DNA of 64,000 nucleotides from the NCBI GenBank assembly GCA_033763315.1, contig JANRKS010000007.1, forward strand, positions 160,001 through 224,000, given 5' to 3'. How positions within the stretch are numbered: position 1 is the first letter of the stretch; every line of letters begins with the position of its first letter. The position numbers and the translations under genes were made by a program. Of this stretch, positions 1 to 9,286 are shown piece after piece. The notes under the pieces were generated by a model. That model saw only the letters and a list, made by a program, of their open reading frames with translations. It was not told where the DNA came from and did no database searches. This stretch comes from Deltaproteobacteria bacterium. GTDB lineage: Bacteria; Myxococcota_A; Polyangia; Fen-1088.

Positions 1-2404
1 CGCCCACGGCCCTGGCCAACGTCGATAAAGCTGGCATCCAGTCAGGGTGGGAGCGGAAACCAAGGTAAACCAACTCTTGTGCACGCCCCAGATTGGGCTT
101 GAGACCCAAGGCGTCGCTCAACTGCGCCAGTGACGTGGCGGCAGCGAAGCGCTCTTGTGACGGATCGGCCAGCGCGCCCGAAACCACGTCGGCCAGCGTG
201 CGGCCAAACAAACGGCCGGCTTTGCTAGTGTCGATCTTGTAGCCGCGGCGTTTGACTTCGGCGGCGATTTGCAGCGCGCGTTCATACGCCTGCGGATCGA
301 AGCTGCCATGCGCGCGCCGAATTTCTTCCTCGAAGCGCTTGCCCAGCGTGAACTCCGCGGCGCGCACCAACTCCTCGGGCAATTCTAAGCCTGCCTCTTG
401 CAACATATCCAAGATGCGTTGATTGCTCTCAAACATCGCCACATACTGCTGCGAAAACCGCGTGACGATGTTGCCATACACAAGTTCTGAGATGCGATGT
501 TGGCCCTCTTCCAAGATCGTCTCAAGGCCGAAATCCTCGGGGCCCATGGATTCCTGAATCAAGCGCAACAAACGCGGCAGCGTGGCGGTGCGATACGCGC
601 TCCAGATCTTCTGGGTGTTGTTGGTGAATGCCTGACCGCCTGGGTAAGGTTGGCACACGCAGTAAAAGTCCACGCCGCCCATGTGCACGGCCGCGAAGCC
701 CCAATCTGTGAGCCGCCCTGAGGGAATGTCTTCAAGCTCCAAACGCCCCGTGGCCAGCGTGAGACGGCCGTGGCGGTTCTTCTGAAACGAAGTGCGGCAA
801 TAGCGATAACCCGCCACACTGCCTTCGCCGGGTTCGTCCTCCACCAAGCTCATGATGCCCAAGTGTGCAGCCACTCGATGCATCGACACACGCAGCGGCT
901 CCACCCACTTGCGGTAAATCTCGGCGCCGTTGCCGTGCTCAGGCACGTTGCTCTTGGCCTCGGCCAACTTCTTCATGAAAGCCTCACGGGGGCTTTCGAT
1001 GCCCAACGCATCCATGTGATCGAACACCCGCTCGGCGTACTTCATGATCTGCACGGTCTCGATGCCCGATAGATCTGCGAAGAACCAGCCACAGCTTGTG
1101 TACATCAACATGGCGTTGCGCTGCATCTCCAGCAGCGACAACGCGCGTTCACGTTCGCGTGTCGTAAGCACACGCGCCTGATGCTGTTGCAGCCACGCTT
1201 CACGCGAGCGGCTGCGATCGAGAACCAACTCGATATAATCGTTGCGCGCTTGCCATGGATCCGTAAACAGCTCGCGGCCTTCGGTGTCGAAGCGTTCGGC
1301 AGCGGCGTCGCGCAAAATGTCCAACGCCTGCCGCAACGGTTGGCGCCACGCCTGGTTCCAGCCCTGTTGTGCGCCTGTATTGCAGCCACAATCGCGATAC
1401 CAGCGGCCCACGCCGTGCGCGCAACTCCACGCCGTGCCCTCACCGTTCGGCCCCGGCTTGATCATCGCCTCCATCGTCGGCGGGTTCTTCTCGATAAACG
1501 CACCATAGTTGGTGACCTCGAAGCCCTGGGCTTGCGCTTGGTGCACAAGCGCGTGCGCCAAGGCAAGTTCCGCAAACTTGGTGTGGTGGCCATAACTTTC
1601 GCCATCCGTGGCGATGTGAACCAACTTGGTCTCTGCGTTTGCGCCCATCGACAAGCGCGTGATCAGCGCTTGGCTTGAAGCCAGCGCACCCTCGAACGCA
1701 ATCGATCGCGACTTGGGCCCGTCATAGAAAAACAACGCAATCGATCGTCCAGATCCGTCTTTGTGAAAGTAGCGGTAGGGCATGGAAGGATCCACGCTGC
1801 CGTCGCCCACGTAGCGCCACGAATGCTGAGAAGATTTGCCGTCGTCGGCCAAGGGACGCACCTGCTCGGCTTGGTGCGGAGACAAAATCACGTAGACCAT
1901 GCCCTCGTCAATCAATGTGCCCAGCGTCTCATCGTTGCAGGCCGTTTCAGGCAACCACAACGATTCAGGCTTGCGGCCAAAGCGGTGCACGAAATCAGCG
2001 ATGCCCCAGCGCACCTGGGTGATCCTGTCTCGCTCGTTGCACAAAGGCAGAATCGTGTGGTTGTAACCTTGCGCGATGGCGCTCCCGTGGCCCCACCGCT
2101 GGGCGCTTTGGCGGTCGGCTTCAAGCACCCGCAAATACGTGGCCGGGTGCCGCGTCTGCAACCACGACAGCAGCGTCGGCCCGAAGTTGAAGCTCAAAAA
2201 TGAGTAGTTGTTGACGATCTTTTCGATGTACCCAAAATCGCCCACCACCCGGGCGAAGGCGTTCGGCCGATAACATTCGTGGTAAATGCGCTCGTTCCAG
2301 TCATGTTCTGGATAGGCGCTGGGCTCTCTGTCAACGTTGCCCGTCCACGGGTTTTCCCGAGGCGGTTGGTAAAAATGGCCGTGAATCACAAGCGCAGTCG
2401 ACAT
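1..2404 (-). CDS. DUF3536 / glycoside hydrolase family 57-like protein, 3' end runs off the window
   Basis: Not in the ORF track, consistent with no stop codon inside the window. Manual translation from ATG at 2404 gives MSTALVIHGHFYQPPRENPWTG...HDWNERIYHECYRPNA...SFNFGPTLLSWL, the typical DUF3536/GH57 N-terminus. The last ~40 codons before position 1 are open in the same frame (~800 aa in total). Confidence 0.9.
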   Translation of the reverse strand, partial: MSTALVIHGHFYQPPRENPWTGNVDREPSAYPEHDWNERIYHECYRPNAFARVVGDFGYIEKIVNNYSFLSFNFGPTLLSWLQTRHPATYLRVLEADRQSAQRWGHGSAIAQGYNHTILPLCNERDRITQVRWGIADFVHRFGRKPESLWLPETACNDETLGTLIDEGMVYVILSPHQAEQVRPLADDGKSSQHSWRYVGDGSVDPSMPYRYFHKDGSGRSIALFFYDGPKSRSIAFEGALASSQALITRLSMGANAETKLVHIATDGESYGHHTKFAELALAHALVHQAQAQGFEVTNYGAFIEKNPPTMEAMIKPGPNGEGTAWSCAHGVGRWYRDCGCNTGAQQGWNQAWRQPLRQALDILRDAAAERFDTEGRELFTDPWQARNDYIELVLDRSRSREAWLQQHQARVLTTRERERALSLLEMQRNAMLMYTSCGWFFADLSGIETVQIMKYAERVFDHMDALGIESPREAFMKKLAEAKSNVPEHGNGAEIYRKWVEPLRVSMHRVAAHLGIMSLVEDEPGEGSVAGYRYCRTSFQKNRHGRLTLATGRLELEDIPSGRLTDWGFAAVHMGGVDFYCVCQPYPGGQAFTNNTQKIWSAYRTATLPRLLRLIQESMGPEDFGLETILEEGQHRISELVYGNIVTRFSQQYVAMFESNQRILDMLQEAGLELPEELVRAAEFTLGKRFEEEIRRAHGSFDPQAYERALQIAAEVKRRGYKIDTSKAGRLFGRTLADVVSGALADPSQERFAAATSLAQLSDALGLKPNLGRAQELVYLGFRSHPDWMPALSTLARAVG

Positions 2405-2502
2405 TGGGGCGAGATTACCCCACGCGTGAACACTCGCCTACCCACGCGCCGCGAAAACACGCGAATTCACGCGCAATGTTTCGCCTTCACGGCAGTCAAA
2501 CC

Positions 2503-2537
2503 TTGACAGACACAGACCCAGGGTAAAAGGATGTCAA
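2503..2537. promoter_or_regulatory. Inverted TTGACA...TGTCAA in the divergent GH57/TetR intergenic region (possible -35 boxes or TetR operator)
   Basis: ttgaca at 2503-2508 and tgtcaa at 2532-2537, just upstream of the TetR start. No convincing -10 box. Confidence 0.3.
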
Positions 2538-2543
2538 GTTACA

Positions 2544-3224
2544 GTGTCAGGAGCCCACGAATTGTCAGCCGACGATAAAACCGAGAATTTGGGGCGACGC
2601 GAACGGCGCAAGCAACAAACACGGCGTGCGCTGCTTGACGCGGCCATGGAATTGTTCGCCGATCGGGGCCTTTACGCAACCCGCCTTGAGGACATCACCG
2701 AGCGGGCCGACCTGGGCAAAGGCGCCTTCTACAACTACTTCGAGTCGAAGGACGCGCTGATTGCGGAGCTCATTTCCGAGGGCGTCCAGCGCGTTTCCGA
2801 CAACCTCGAAAACATTGACCGCAGCGGCACTTTCAAAGAGCGCGTGGCCTTCGTGGCACAAGAACACGAACGCTTCTTTGACGAGCACCCCGAACAAATC
2901 GTTTTGTTCCACCAGGCGCGCGGCCTTCTGAAGGTGAAGTCGCAAGGGACAAGCCGCTTGCGCAACGCCTTCGCGAGCTATTTACTGATGATTGGCGCGG
3001 CTTTGTGGGGTCCCGAGTGCGTGGAGTTGGCCGGCGAGGTGGAAGAGCGCCGGCTGGACACCGCCACCGCACTGGTGGGTGCCATCGCCGGTTATCGTTC
3101 GTTCCGCATGGCTGTGGGGGCCCCGGTTAAAGCCGAGACCATCGTGGGCATGTTGACGTCCGGCTTGCCCGACGACGCGTCTGTGGGCTCTATCGTGTCG
3201 GTGAACGCGAAAAGGCCCGCCTAG
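2544..3224 (+). CDS. TetR/AcrR family transcriptional regulator
   Basis: RRERRKQQTRRALLDAAMELFADRG...TRLEDITERADLGKGAFYNYFESKDAL helix-turn-helix. Confidence 0.93.
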   Translation: MSGAHELSADDKTENLGRRERRKQQTRRALLDAAMELFADRGLYATRLEDITERADLGKGAFYNYFESKDALIAELISEGVQRVSDNLENIDRSGTFKERVAFVAQEHERFFDEHPEQIVLFHQARGLLKVKSQGTSRLRNAFASYLLMIGAALWGPECVELAGEVEERRLDTATALVGAIAGYRSFRMAVGAPVKAETIVGMLTSGLPDDASVGSIVSVNAKRPA

Positions 3225-3275
3225 GCAGACCCGACTAGAGACACAGCGCGGGCCCTGGCGTTAGGCTGCAGGCCC

Positions 3276-4103
3276 ATGAACGACGTTTCGTCTGTGTTTC
3301 CATTCGCGGGGGCCCTTGCCGCCAAAGTTGGGTTGGTCACCGGCGCATCGGGCGGCATCGGCCGCGCCTTGGCGCTGGGCTTGGCCCGTGCCGGTGCCGA
3401 CGTGGGCGTTCACACGTTCGATGACGTACCGGGCGGCGAGGAAACGGTGGCGCAAATCCAGGCGCTGGGCCGCAAGGCGTGGCTTGTCAAGGCCGACATC
3501 CGCAACGTGACCGAGATCAACGCCATGATTGAAGCCGTGCATTCACACGGCGGGCGATTGGACGTGCTGGTGAACAACGCCGGCATCACGGGTTGGAACG
3601 CCGCTTTGGATGTGACGGAAGCTTTGTGGGATCAAGTGATCGACACGAACTTGAAAGGCACGTTTTTTTGCACCACGGCGGCCGCTCGCAAAATGCGGCA
3701 AACAGGCGGCGGTTCCATCATCAACGTTTCTACGGTTGTGGCGCTCACGGTTATGCAAAACCTCACCGTGTATGCGGCAAGCAAAGCCGGCATTCAGTCG
3801 CTCACGCGGCAACTGGCGGTGGAGTTGGCGCCCTTTGGTGTGCGGGTAAACGCCATTGCGCCGGGGCCCACCCTGGTGCCACGGACGTTGGCCGACGATC
3901 CTGATTACGCCGCCAACTGGAGCCAAGTGATGCCGCTTGGGCGCGTGGCTGTTCCCGAAGATATGGTGGGCGCCGTGTTGTTCTTCGCCACGCAAGCCAG
4001 TGGCCTTGTGACGGGGCAATTGATCGCGATCGACGGTGGCATGACACTGCCCGGCCGCGTGCCGCAAGAAAGTTTGGATCGCGGTTTGGCCCGCAACAGT
4101 TGA
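3276..4103 (+). CDS. SDR family NAD(P)-dependent oxidoreductase (FabG/glucose-1-dehydrogenase-like)
   Basis: TGASGGIG, NNAG, YAASK catalytic motif, RVNAIAPG. Confidence 0.95.
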   Translation: MNDVSSVFPFAGALAAKVGLVTGASGGIGRALALGLARAGADVGVHTFDDVPGGEETVAQIQALGRKAWLVKADIRNVTEINAMIEAVHSHGGRLDVLVNNAGITGWNAALDVTEALWDQVIDTNLKGTFFCTTAAARKMRQTGGGSIINVSTVVALTVMQNLTVYAASKAGIQSLTRQLAVELAPFGVRVNAIAPGPTLVPRTLADDPDYAANWSQVMPLGRVAVPEDMVGAVLFFATQASGLVTGQLIAIDGGMTLPGRVPQESLDRGLARNS

Positions 4104-4110
4104 TCCGCCG

Positions 4111-4617
4111 TTAGTGCCCGCGTGCGAACAGCGCCGGTTCAGCCACGGGCTCAAGCGTGAGGCCCAAGCGCTGCGCCAACGCCTTCGCGTCGAACGCCTC
4201 GTTGTCCCGCTCTTCATCGCTGGCGCCGTGACGGCGCAGGAATTCAACCACAGTGCTGCTGGGCAGTGACACGATGACCGCTTGCCATAACACGGAGCTG
4301 CCTGCGAAATCGCGTGCGTTCACATCGGCGCCATAGGTGACCAGAAGGTACGCGAGCGACAAGTGCCGCTGACGGGCGGCGTGGTGCAAGGGCGTGCAGC
4401 CCGATTGGTCGCGCGCGTTCACGTCGGCCCCAGCATCGAGCAACAGCCGCACGGCATCGCAATCGGCGCCATCGACGGCCAAGTGAAGCGGGGTGCGGTG
4501 ATCTTCGTCGCGGGCTTCGGTGCTGGTGCCCCGGGATAGCAGCTTTGTCATCCAAGCCAGATCGCTAAAGGCGGTGGCGTCGAGCAGTTGTTGTTCCGGC
4601 GGGTACGGATGATCCAT
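4111..4617 (-). CDS. Ankyrin repeat protein
   Basis: TPLHLAV...LLLDAGADVNARD, TPLHHAA...GADVNARD. Start placed at MDHP (4617). Confidence 0.88.
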   Translation of the reverse strand: MDHPYPPEQQLLDATAFSDLAWMTKLLSRGTSTEARDEDHRTPLHLAVDGADCDAVRLLLDAGADVNARDQSGCTPLHHAARQRHLSLAYLLVTYGADVNARDFAGSSVLWQAVIVSLPSSTVVEFLRRHGASDEERDNEAFDAKALAQRLGLTLEPVAEPALFARGH

Positions 4618-4675
4618 TCGTCTTCGTTTGTGCCCTCGGGTGCCGATCGGGTCAAGAAAGTGATCAACGTCGTTA

Positions 4676-5878
4676 TCAAGCACGACGACTGGCTTTGGCG
4701 GCACGGTATGCACGCAGCGGCATCAGCGACGCCCCCACCGCCGTAAGCGTGCCCATCACCATCATCGCCGCCGTGGGCGACATGGTTTGCGGGTTTGCGA
4801 AACTTATGAGCCCAAGCACGGGTCCGACGACGTAACCCACGCCCACCAGCGCCTCGAACTTGCCACCCGCGTCCACTTGGGCTTGGCCCACGGACATGCT
4901 GTAGTAAAGGGAGGTGTAGTAAAGCACGCCCATGCCGCAACCGAACGCGGCCAGACCACAGACACACAGCCAGGCCCACGAAGCCACCAAAGCAACAGCG
5001 CTGCCCGCGAACAAGGCGACGGCACCAAACAGCAACGGCGGCCAGCGGCCGTGCCAAAATGAACTGCGCCACAAAACAATCAATGTCATAAACCGCGCCA
5101 CCATCCACGTCGCAGCCCATACGGGCGCCATCGTGGTGCTCATGCCGAGATCGCGCAACGCCGAAGGCAAAACGGGCGATAGGGCAGAGCAGATGATGTA
5201 TGAACACGGCAGCAGCCATGTGGTGGCACGCGCCAAATGAGGATACTCACGACCAACCGCCTCTTGCGACGAAGCTTCGTCGTGATGCGCGGGTTGTGGT
5301 GCAAAGCCGGCGACGATCAAACCAGACACAAGGTTGAACACAGCGCATAGGCCCAGCGTCGCAAGCACGTTCCACCGCGCCACCAAAGGCATCAGCAGCA
5401 GCGGCACGGCCACACTCGATGTCCACGTCAAGTTGTAGCGCCCCATGGCCTGTCGCATGGCGGCCCCGTGGCGGCCCGCGGTGAGATAGCTTTCCATCAT
5501 CGGCCACACCAACGCCGAGGTGACGCTGCCACCCAAGGCAGCGATCCAAAGCGCCGGCTCCCACATGGCAGCGAACAACAAGGGTACGCAGGCAAACGCG
5601 CCCCACGTCCACAAGGCACCGATCATCACCGCGCGCACCGAAGCCCAACGCGAGAGCTTTCGCGTCACAGGCCCCGACGCCAAAGCGCCGCCGATGTAGG
5701 CTACGCCCATCACGGAAGCCAACGCCAAGTTGCGCGCTGAAGAGAACGCAAAGGCACGTGCCGTGACGAAAAAGATAGCGCTCCAAAACGCACCGCCGCT
5801 GACCGAAGCCAAGAATGTGGCCGGCAGAAGTTTAGAAAGGGACGTCGGCCTCGAATTGGGCGGCGGCAAAGTGCTCAC
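4676..5878 (-). CDS. MFS-type transporter
   Basis: 400 aa, about 12 hydrophobic segments in two halves. Confidence 0.75.
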   Translation of the reverse strand: MSTLPPPNSRPTSLSKLLPATFLASVSGGAFWSAIFFVTARAFAFSSARNLALASVMGVAYIGGALASGPVTRKLSRWASVRAVMIGALWTWGAFACVPLLFAAMWEPALWIAALGGSVTSALVWPMMESYLTAGRHGAAMRQAMGRYNLTWTSSVAVPLLLMPLVARWNVLATLGLCAVFNLVSGLIVAGFAPQPAHHDEASSQEAVGREYPHLARATTWLLPCSYIICSALSPVLPSALRDLGMSTTMAPVWAATWMVARFMTLIVLWRSSFWHGRWPPLLFGAVALFAGSAVALVASWAWLCVCGLAAFGCGMGVLYYTSLYYSMSVGQAQVDAGGKFEALVGVGYVVGPVLGLISFANPQTMSPTAAMMVMGTLTAVGASLMPLRAYRAAKASRRA

Positions 5879-6045
5879 AAATTCCTTTTACTGTAAAACG
5901 AATCCGCCACGTCGGCGTTCGCGTCAACATATTGCACGCGTGCCTCGTTGCCCTGGCCCGCAGCAGGAACTGCCATCGCACGGGATGAGCGAACGATCGT
6001 TCGCTTTATGGCAAGCGTCCGGTGAATGTGTTAGCTGTGAGCTTG

Positions 6046-6270
6046 ATGCGTAGCCTGACACATGGGTTGGTGCTGGGTTTGCTGACCCTTGCAGGTGGCA
6101 GTGCCTGCGCCTTGAGGCAGCCTCCCCCGGTTTCGCCGGCCCGGCATCTGTGCCTCACCGACTGCGCGCGCGGCAAGGATCGGTGCTTGGTAGAGGCCCC
6201 CACGGCCTCGGCTATTTTCGCCTGCGACGAACGCGCCAGCGCCTGCGTCGCAAGCTGCCCTCACCCGTGA
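6046..6270 (+). CDS. Small Cys-rich lipoprotein
   Basis: Signal peptide with lipobox-like GSAC, then CX3CX6C...CX6CX3C. Directly upstream of the next lipoprotein gene. Confidence 0.6.
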   Translation: MRSLTHGLVLGLLTLAGGSACALRQPPPVSPARHLCLTDCARGKDRCLVEAPTASAIFACDERASACVASCPHP

Positions 6271-6278
6271 GTGTGAAC

Positions 6279-6977
6279 ATGTCGCATCCTGACTCCCTGC
6301 CAGCGGCAGCCATCGCGGCGTCTTTGCTTTTGATTGCCAGCTGCGTTCCAGCCGCCTACACCATTCCGAGACCCGACCAGCCTCACGCCATCGTGAAGAT
6401 GAGGCGGGTTTATCATGGTGCATCTGGCGAAACCCTCAGCGAGACAGCAGGGATCGATGGCCATCCGTTGTTTGCGCAGGCGAGGCCGAGCTCGCAGGCT
6501 GCGCCTGATACGGCGGTGATGCGTGTTCACCCTGTGGCGGCCGACTGGCAGTGGTCGTCGGTGTTCTGGCATGTGGAAATGCGCTGGGTCCAGGAGGCCT
6601 ACACCGTCTATACCTCGAGGCTTGTCTCCGAAACCAACTATCGCTCTGAATCCTATAGTTGCGGTAGTTACTCAAGTCGGGGCTACGCTTCGAGCACATG
6701 CTACCGATCTGTGCCGTACACAACGATGGTCACGAAGCAAGTGCCTGAAACCCACTATCGCACCGTCCAGCGCCCCGTCTCTGTGACGGATGCAGACTGC
6801 CCTAGAGCGTTTTCATTTCACCCCACCGTGAATGCGGTCTATCTGCTCGAATACAGCTACATGGGGCCAGGCGTGTGCTCAATCGCGTGCCTTATCCAGA
6901 GCTCAGACAGCGTGGGGGAAGCTCAAAACCACCCATGCTCTCCCGCCGAGTTCGGACCGCCTCGACGCCGCCATTAG
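6279..6977 (+). CDS. Hypothetical lipoprotein with Tyr/Thr/Val-rich extended segment
   Basis: LLLIASC lipobox. Start placed at MSHP (6279). Confidence 0.65.
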   Translation: MSHPDSLPAAAIAASLLLIASCVPAAYTIPRPDQPHAIVKMRRVYHGASGETLSETAGIDGHPLFAQARPSSQAAPDTAVMRVHPVAADWQWSSVFWHVEMRWVQEAYTVYTSRLVSETNYRSESYSCGSYSSRGYASSTCYRSVPYTTMVTKQVPETHYRTVQRPVSVTDADCPRAFSFHPTVNAVYLLEYSYMGPGVCSIACLIQSSDSVGEAQNHPCSPAEFGPPRRRH

Positions 6978-7077
6978 CCGATTGTATTTTGCAAACTCCA
7001 CTCGCTACGAATGCCGCAAGCGGCTTGAGCACCGGCGTTAGGGGAATCCCCAGTAAACTCACGAGCCGCCGCTGAGT

Positions 7078-8454
7078 TCACAGGTCCTTTCGCACGGTAA
7101 ACGAATCCGCCACCGCAGCGTTGCCGTCAACATACTGAACACGCACTTCGTTGTCATCGAACGTCAGCACAAGCGAGCCCAAGGTGGCAAACGAGACGGC
7201 CATCGCGGGATGGTTGAGCCCCATGAAGCGGCGACCAAGTTCTCCCGACGCGCCCGCCACCACATACACGGTGCCGCCGCGGGGGCGCGCCGCTTTGTAA
7301 AAAACAACGTTGTTGCCGCCGGTTGCCAATTGGTAGGCGTCTGAATAGGTGCCCGAAGCGCCGTAAAATCCTGCCAACAGATTCGACCGCTCATAATTGT
7401 GGCTGTGTCCCGATAACACCAAATCCACGCCGCCCGCTTCAAGCAACGGCACGATGTTGGTGCGCATTTCGATCATGGTGCGTTCGTGATCTGAATCATG
7501 CGTGCCGCGCGTGTAAGGCGGGTGGTGAAAGAACGCCACCTTCCATGTTGCGTGCGACGCTTGCAGATCTTGCACAAGCCAGCGCGCCATCGCGCCGTTG
7601 GCGCTTCGATCCGTCGCGTATGAATCCAAACACACAAAATGCACAGGTCCATGGTCAAACGCATAAAATGCTTCAGTGCCTGAAGGCACGCCCCCCGCCT
7701 CGCCATCGGTGGGCAACGTGAACACGTCGAAATACGCCGCGTGCCCCGGCGATTGAGATTGATCGTGATTTCCACGCGTGGGCCACAGCGACAAGCGCGC
7801 GATCAGATCCGCATACGTCTCGAACACGGCGGCCTGAAACTCAAGATCAGTGCCGGTGTTGTAGGCGTTGTCGCCCAACATCAGCCACACGTCCGGAAGC
7901 TGGTTGGCTACAAACCGCAGATAGGCGTCGCGCACGCTTCGGGCGCCAGGAGACGCGGTGCCGGCGTCGCCCAAAGCCCACACGCGGACCACAGAGCTTG
8001 CATTCGGCTCGGGCGCTGTATGAAACACCCATGGATTGGGCGCCCCGCTCACTTGCCCCGTTTGGGCGCCCAAACTGTATTCATAGGCTGTGCCTGGGTG
8101 AAGATGTCGCAACGTCACTTCATGTTCGGTGGTGGCCTGGGCAACAACTTCACTGTGCGTCGCCGTGGCGCCGGCGTCGGCATCCCCCACGCCAACCGCC
8201 GTAAAGTGAACGCCACTCTCGGTGGGCACGTCGGTGCGCCAACGCACGACAGCGCTGTGGCTGGTCACGCTTTGCAGGTATGGCCCACGCACCACCCGCG
8301 GCCCCGTATCGTTTTGCGCCCGCGAAGGCGGCTCGGTGACCTGCCAGCGCGCTGAACGCAGGTCGTTCACCAGCCAAAGCGTGGCGACCGCTGCCACAGC
8401 GGCCACCGCGACCAGCGCCAGAACCCTGCGCGCCCCCCGCGACAGACGAATCAC
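7078..8454 (-). CDS. Purple acid phosphatase-like metallophosphoesterase with FN3-like N-terminal domain
   Basis: RGPYLQ, GDAG, LGDNAY, GNHD, HHPPY and SGHSHNYERS motifs; N-terminal TM/signal. Confidence 0.92.
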   Translation of the reverse strand: MIRLSRGARRVLALVAVAAVAAVATLWLVNDLRSARWQVTEPPSRAQNDTGPRVVRGPYLQSVTSHSAVVRWRTDVPTESGVHFTAVGVGDADAGATATHSEVVAQATTEHEVTLRHLHPGTAYEYSLGAQTGQVSGAPNPWVFHTAPEPNASSVVRVWALGDAGTASPGARSVRDAYLRFVANQLPDVWLMLGDNAYNTGTDLEFQAAVFETYADLIARLSLWPTRGNHDQSQSPGHAAYFDVFTLPTDGEAGGVPSGTEAFYAFDHGPVHFVCLDSYATDRSANGAMARWLVQDLQASHATWKVAFFHHPPYTRGTHDSDHERTMIEMRTNIVPLLEAGGVDLVLSGHSHNYERSNLLAGFYGASGTYSDAYQLATGGNNVVFYKAARPRGGTVYVVAGASGELGRRFMGLNHPAMAVSFATLGSLVLTFDDNEVRVQYVDGNAAVADSFTVRKDL

Positions 8455-8713
8455 GCAATCACGTTCTCGCGCTCACTTGTGGCGACCCTTTGCATTCGGA
8501 CATGGTACATGGGCACAGCACCAGGTCGCCAGCCCTGCATCATGGCGGCGAACGGGATTCGCTGATAGGAGGATAAGAAGCGTTGCCAGGGGAGGCTTCG
8601 AGCTGGCTTGGCAAGGTCGAGCCACTTTCGAGTCAGGTGTGACCGATTCAGACGCGGGCGACGAACCCTGGCTGCCCTCGCAGTCATCCAAGGATTTGTC
8701 ATAAAAGCACCGC

Positions 8714-9280
8714 ATGTCGCAGCCCAACGAGACCCGTAACCCTTGGACCACGAGATCGATCGAAACACGTTACGAAAACCCGTGGATTCGAGTCGACCAC
8801 CACGACGTCCTCACGCCTGCTGGCACCGTGGGCATGTATGGCGTGGTCAATTTCAAGAACGTGGCGGTCGGCGTGGTGCCGATGGATGCAAACGGCAACA
8901 CGTGGCTCGTGGGACAGTACCGATACCCCCTGGGCCGCTATAGCTGGGAGATCTGTGAAGGCGGGGGGCCCATAGGCGCAGACGTTTTGGAATCCGCCAA
9001 ACGCGAGCTGCACGAAGAGCTGGGCATGCAAGCCGCCCGCTGGGACAAGCTATTTGAGATGGATCTCTCTAATTCGGTCACCAACGAACGCGCCGTGGTG
9101 TTTGTGGCGCGCGAGCTGACGATGGGCACGGCGCATCCGGAAGAAACCGAAGAGTTGGCGGTGCGCAAAATTCACCTCGCTCAACTTTACGAAGAGGTGT
9201 GTGCGGGCAAACACCGCGACAGCATGACTGTGGCGGCGGTGCTGCGTTTGCGGCTGATGCACCTGGAAGGAACCCTTTAA
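8714..9280 (+). CDS. NUDIX hydrolase (ADP-ribose pyrophosphatase-like)
   Basis: QYRYP...WEICEGG...AKRELHEELG Nudix box. Confidence 0.92.
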   Translation: MSQPNETRNPWTTRSIETRYENPWIRVDHHDVLTPAGTVGMYGVVNFKNVAVGVVPMDANGNTWLVGQYRYPLGRYSWEICEGGGPIGADVLESAKRELHEELGMQAARWDKLFEMDLSNSVTNERAVVFVARELTMGTAHPEETEELAVRKIHLAQLYEEVCAGKHRDSMTVAAVLRLRLMHLEGTL

Positions 9281-9286
9281 CGCCTT

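Noticed and set aside
118-2506. Many short ORFs listed in the track
   Set aside because: Shadow ORFs of the long minus-strand DUF3536/GH57 frame that runs off the window.
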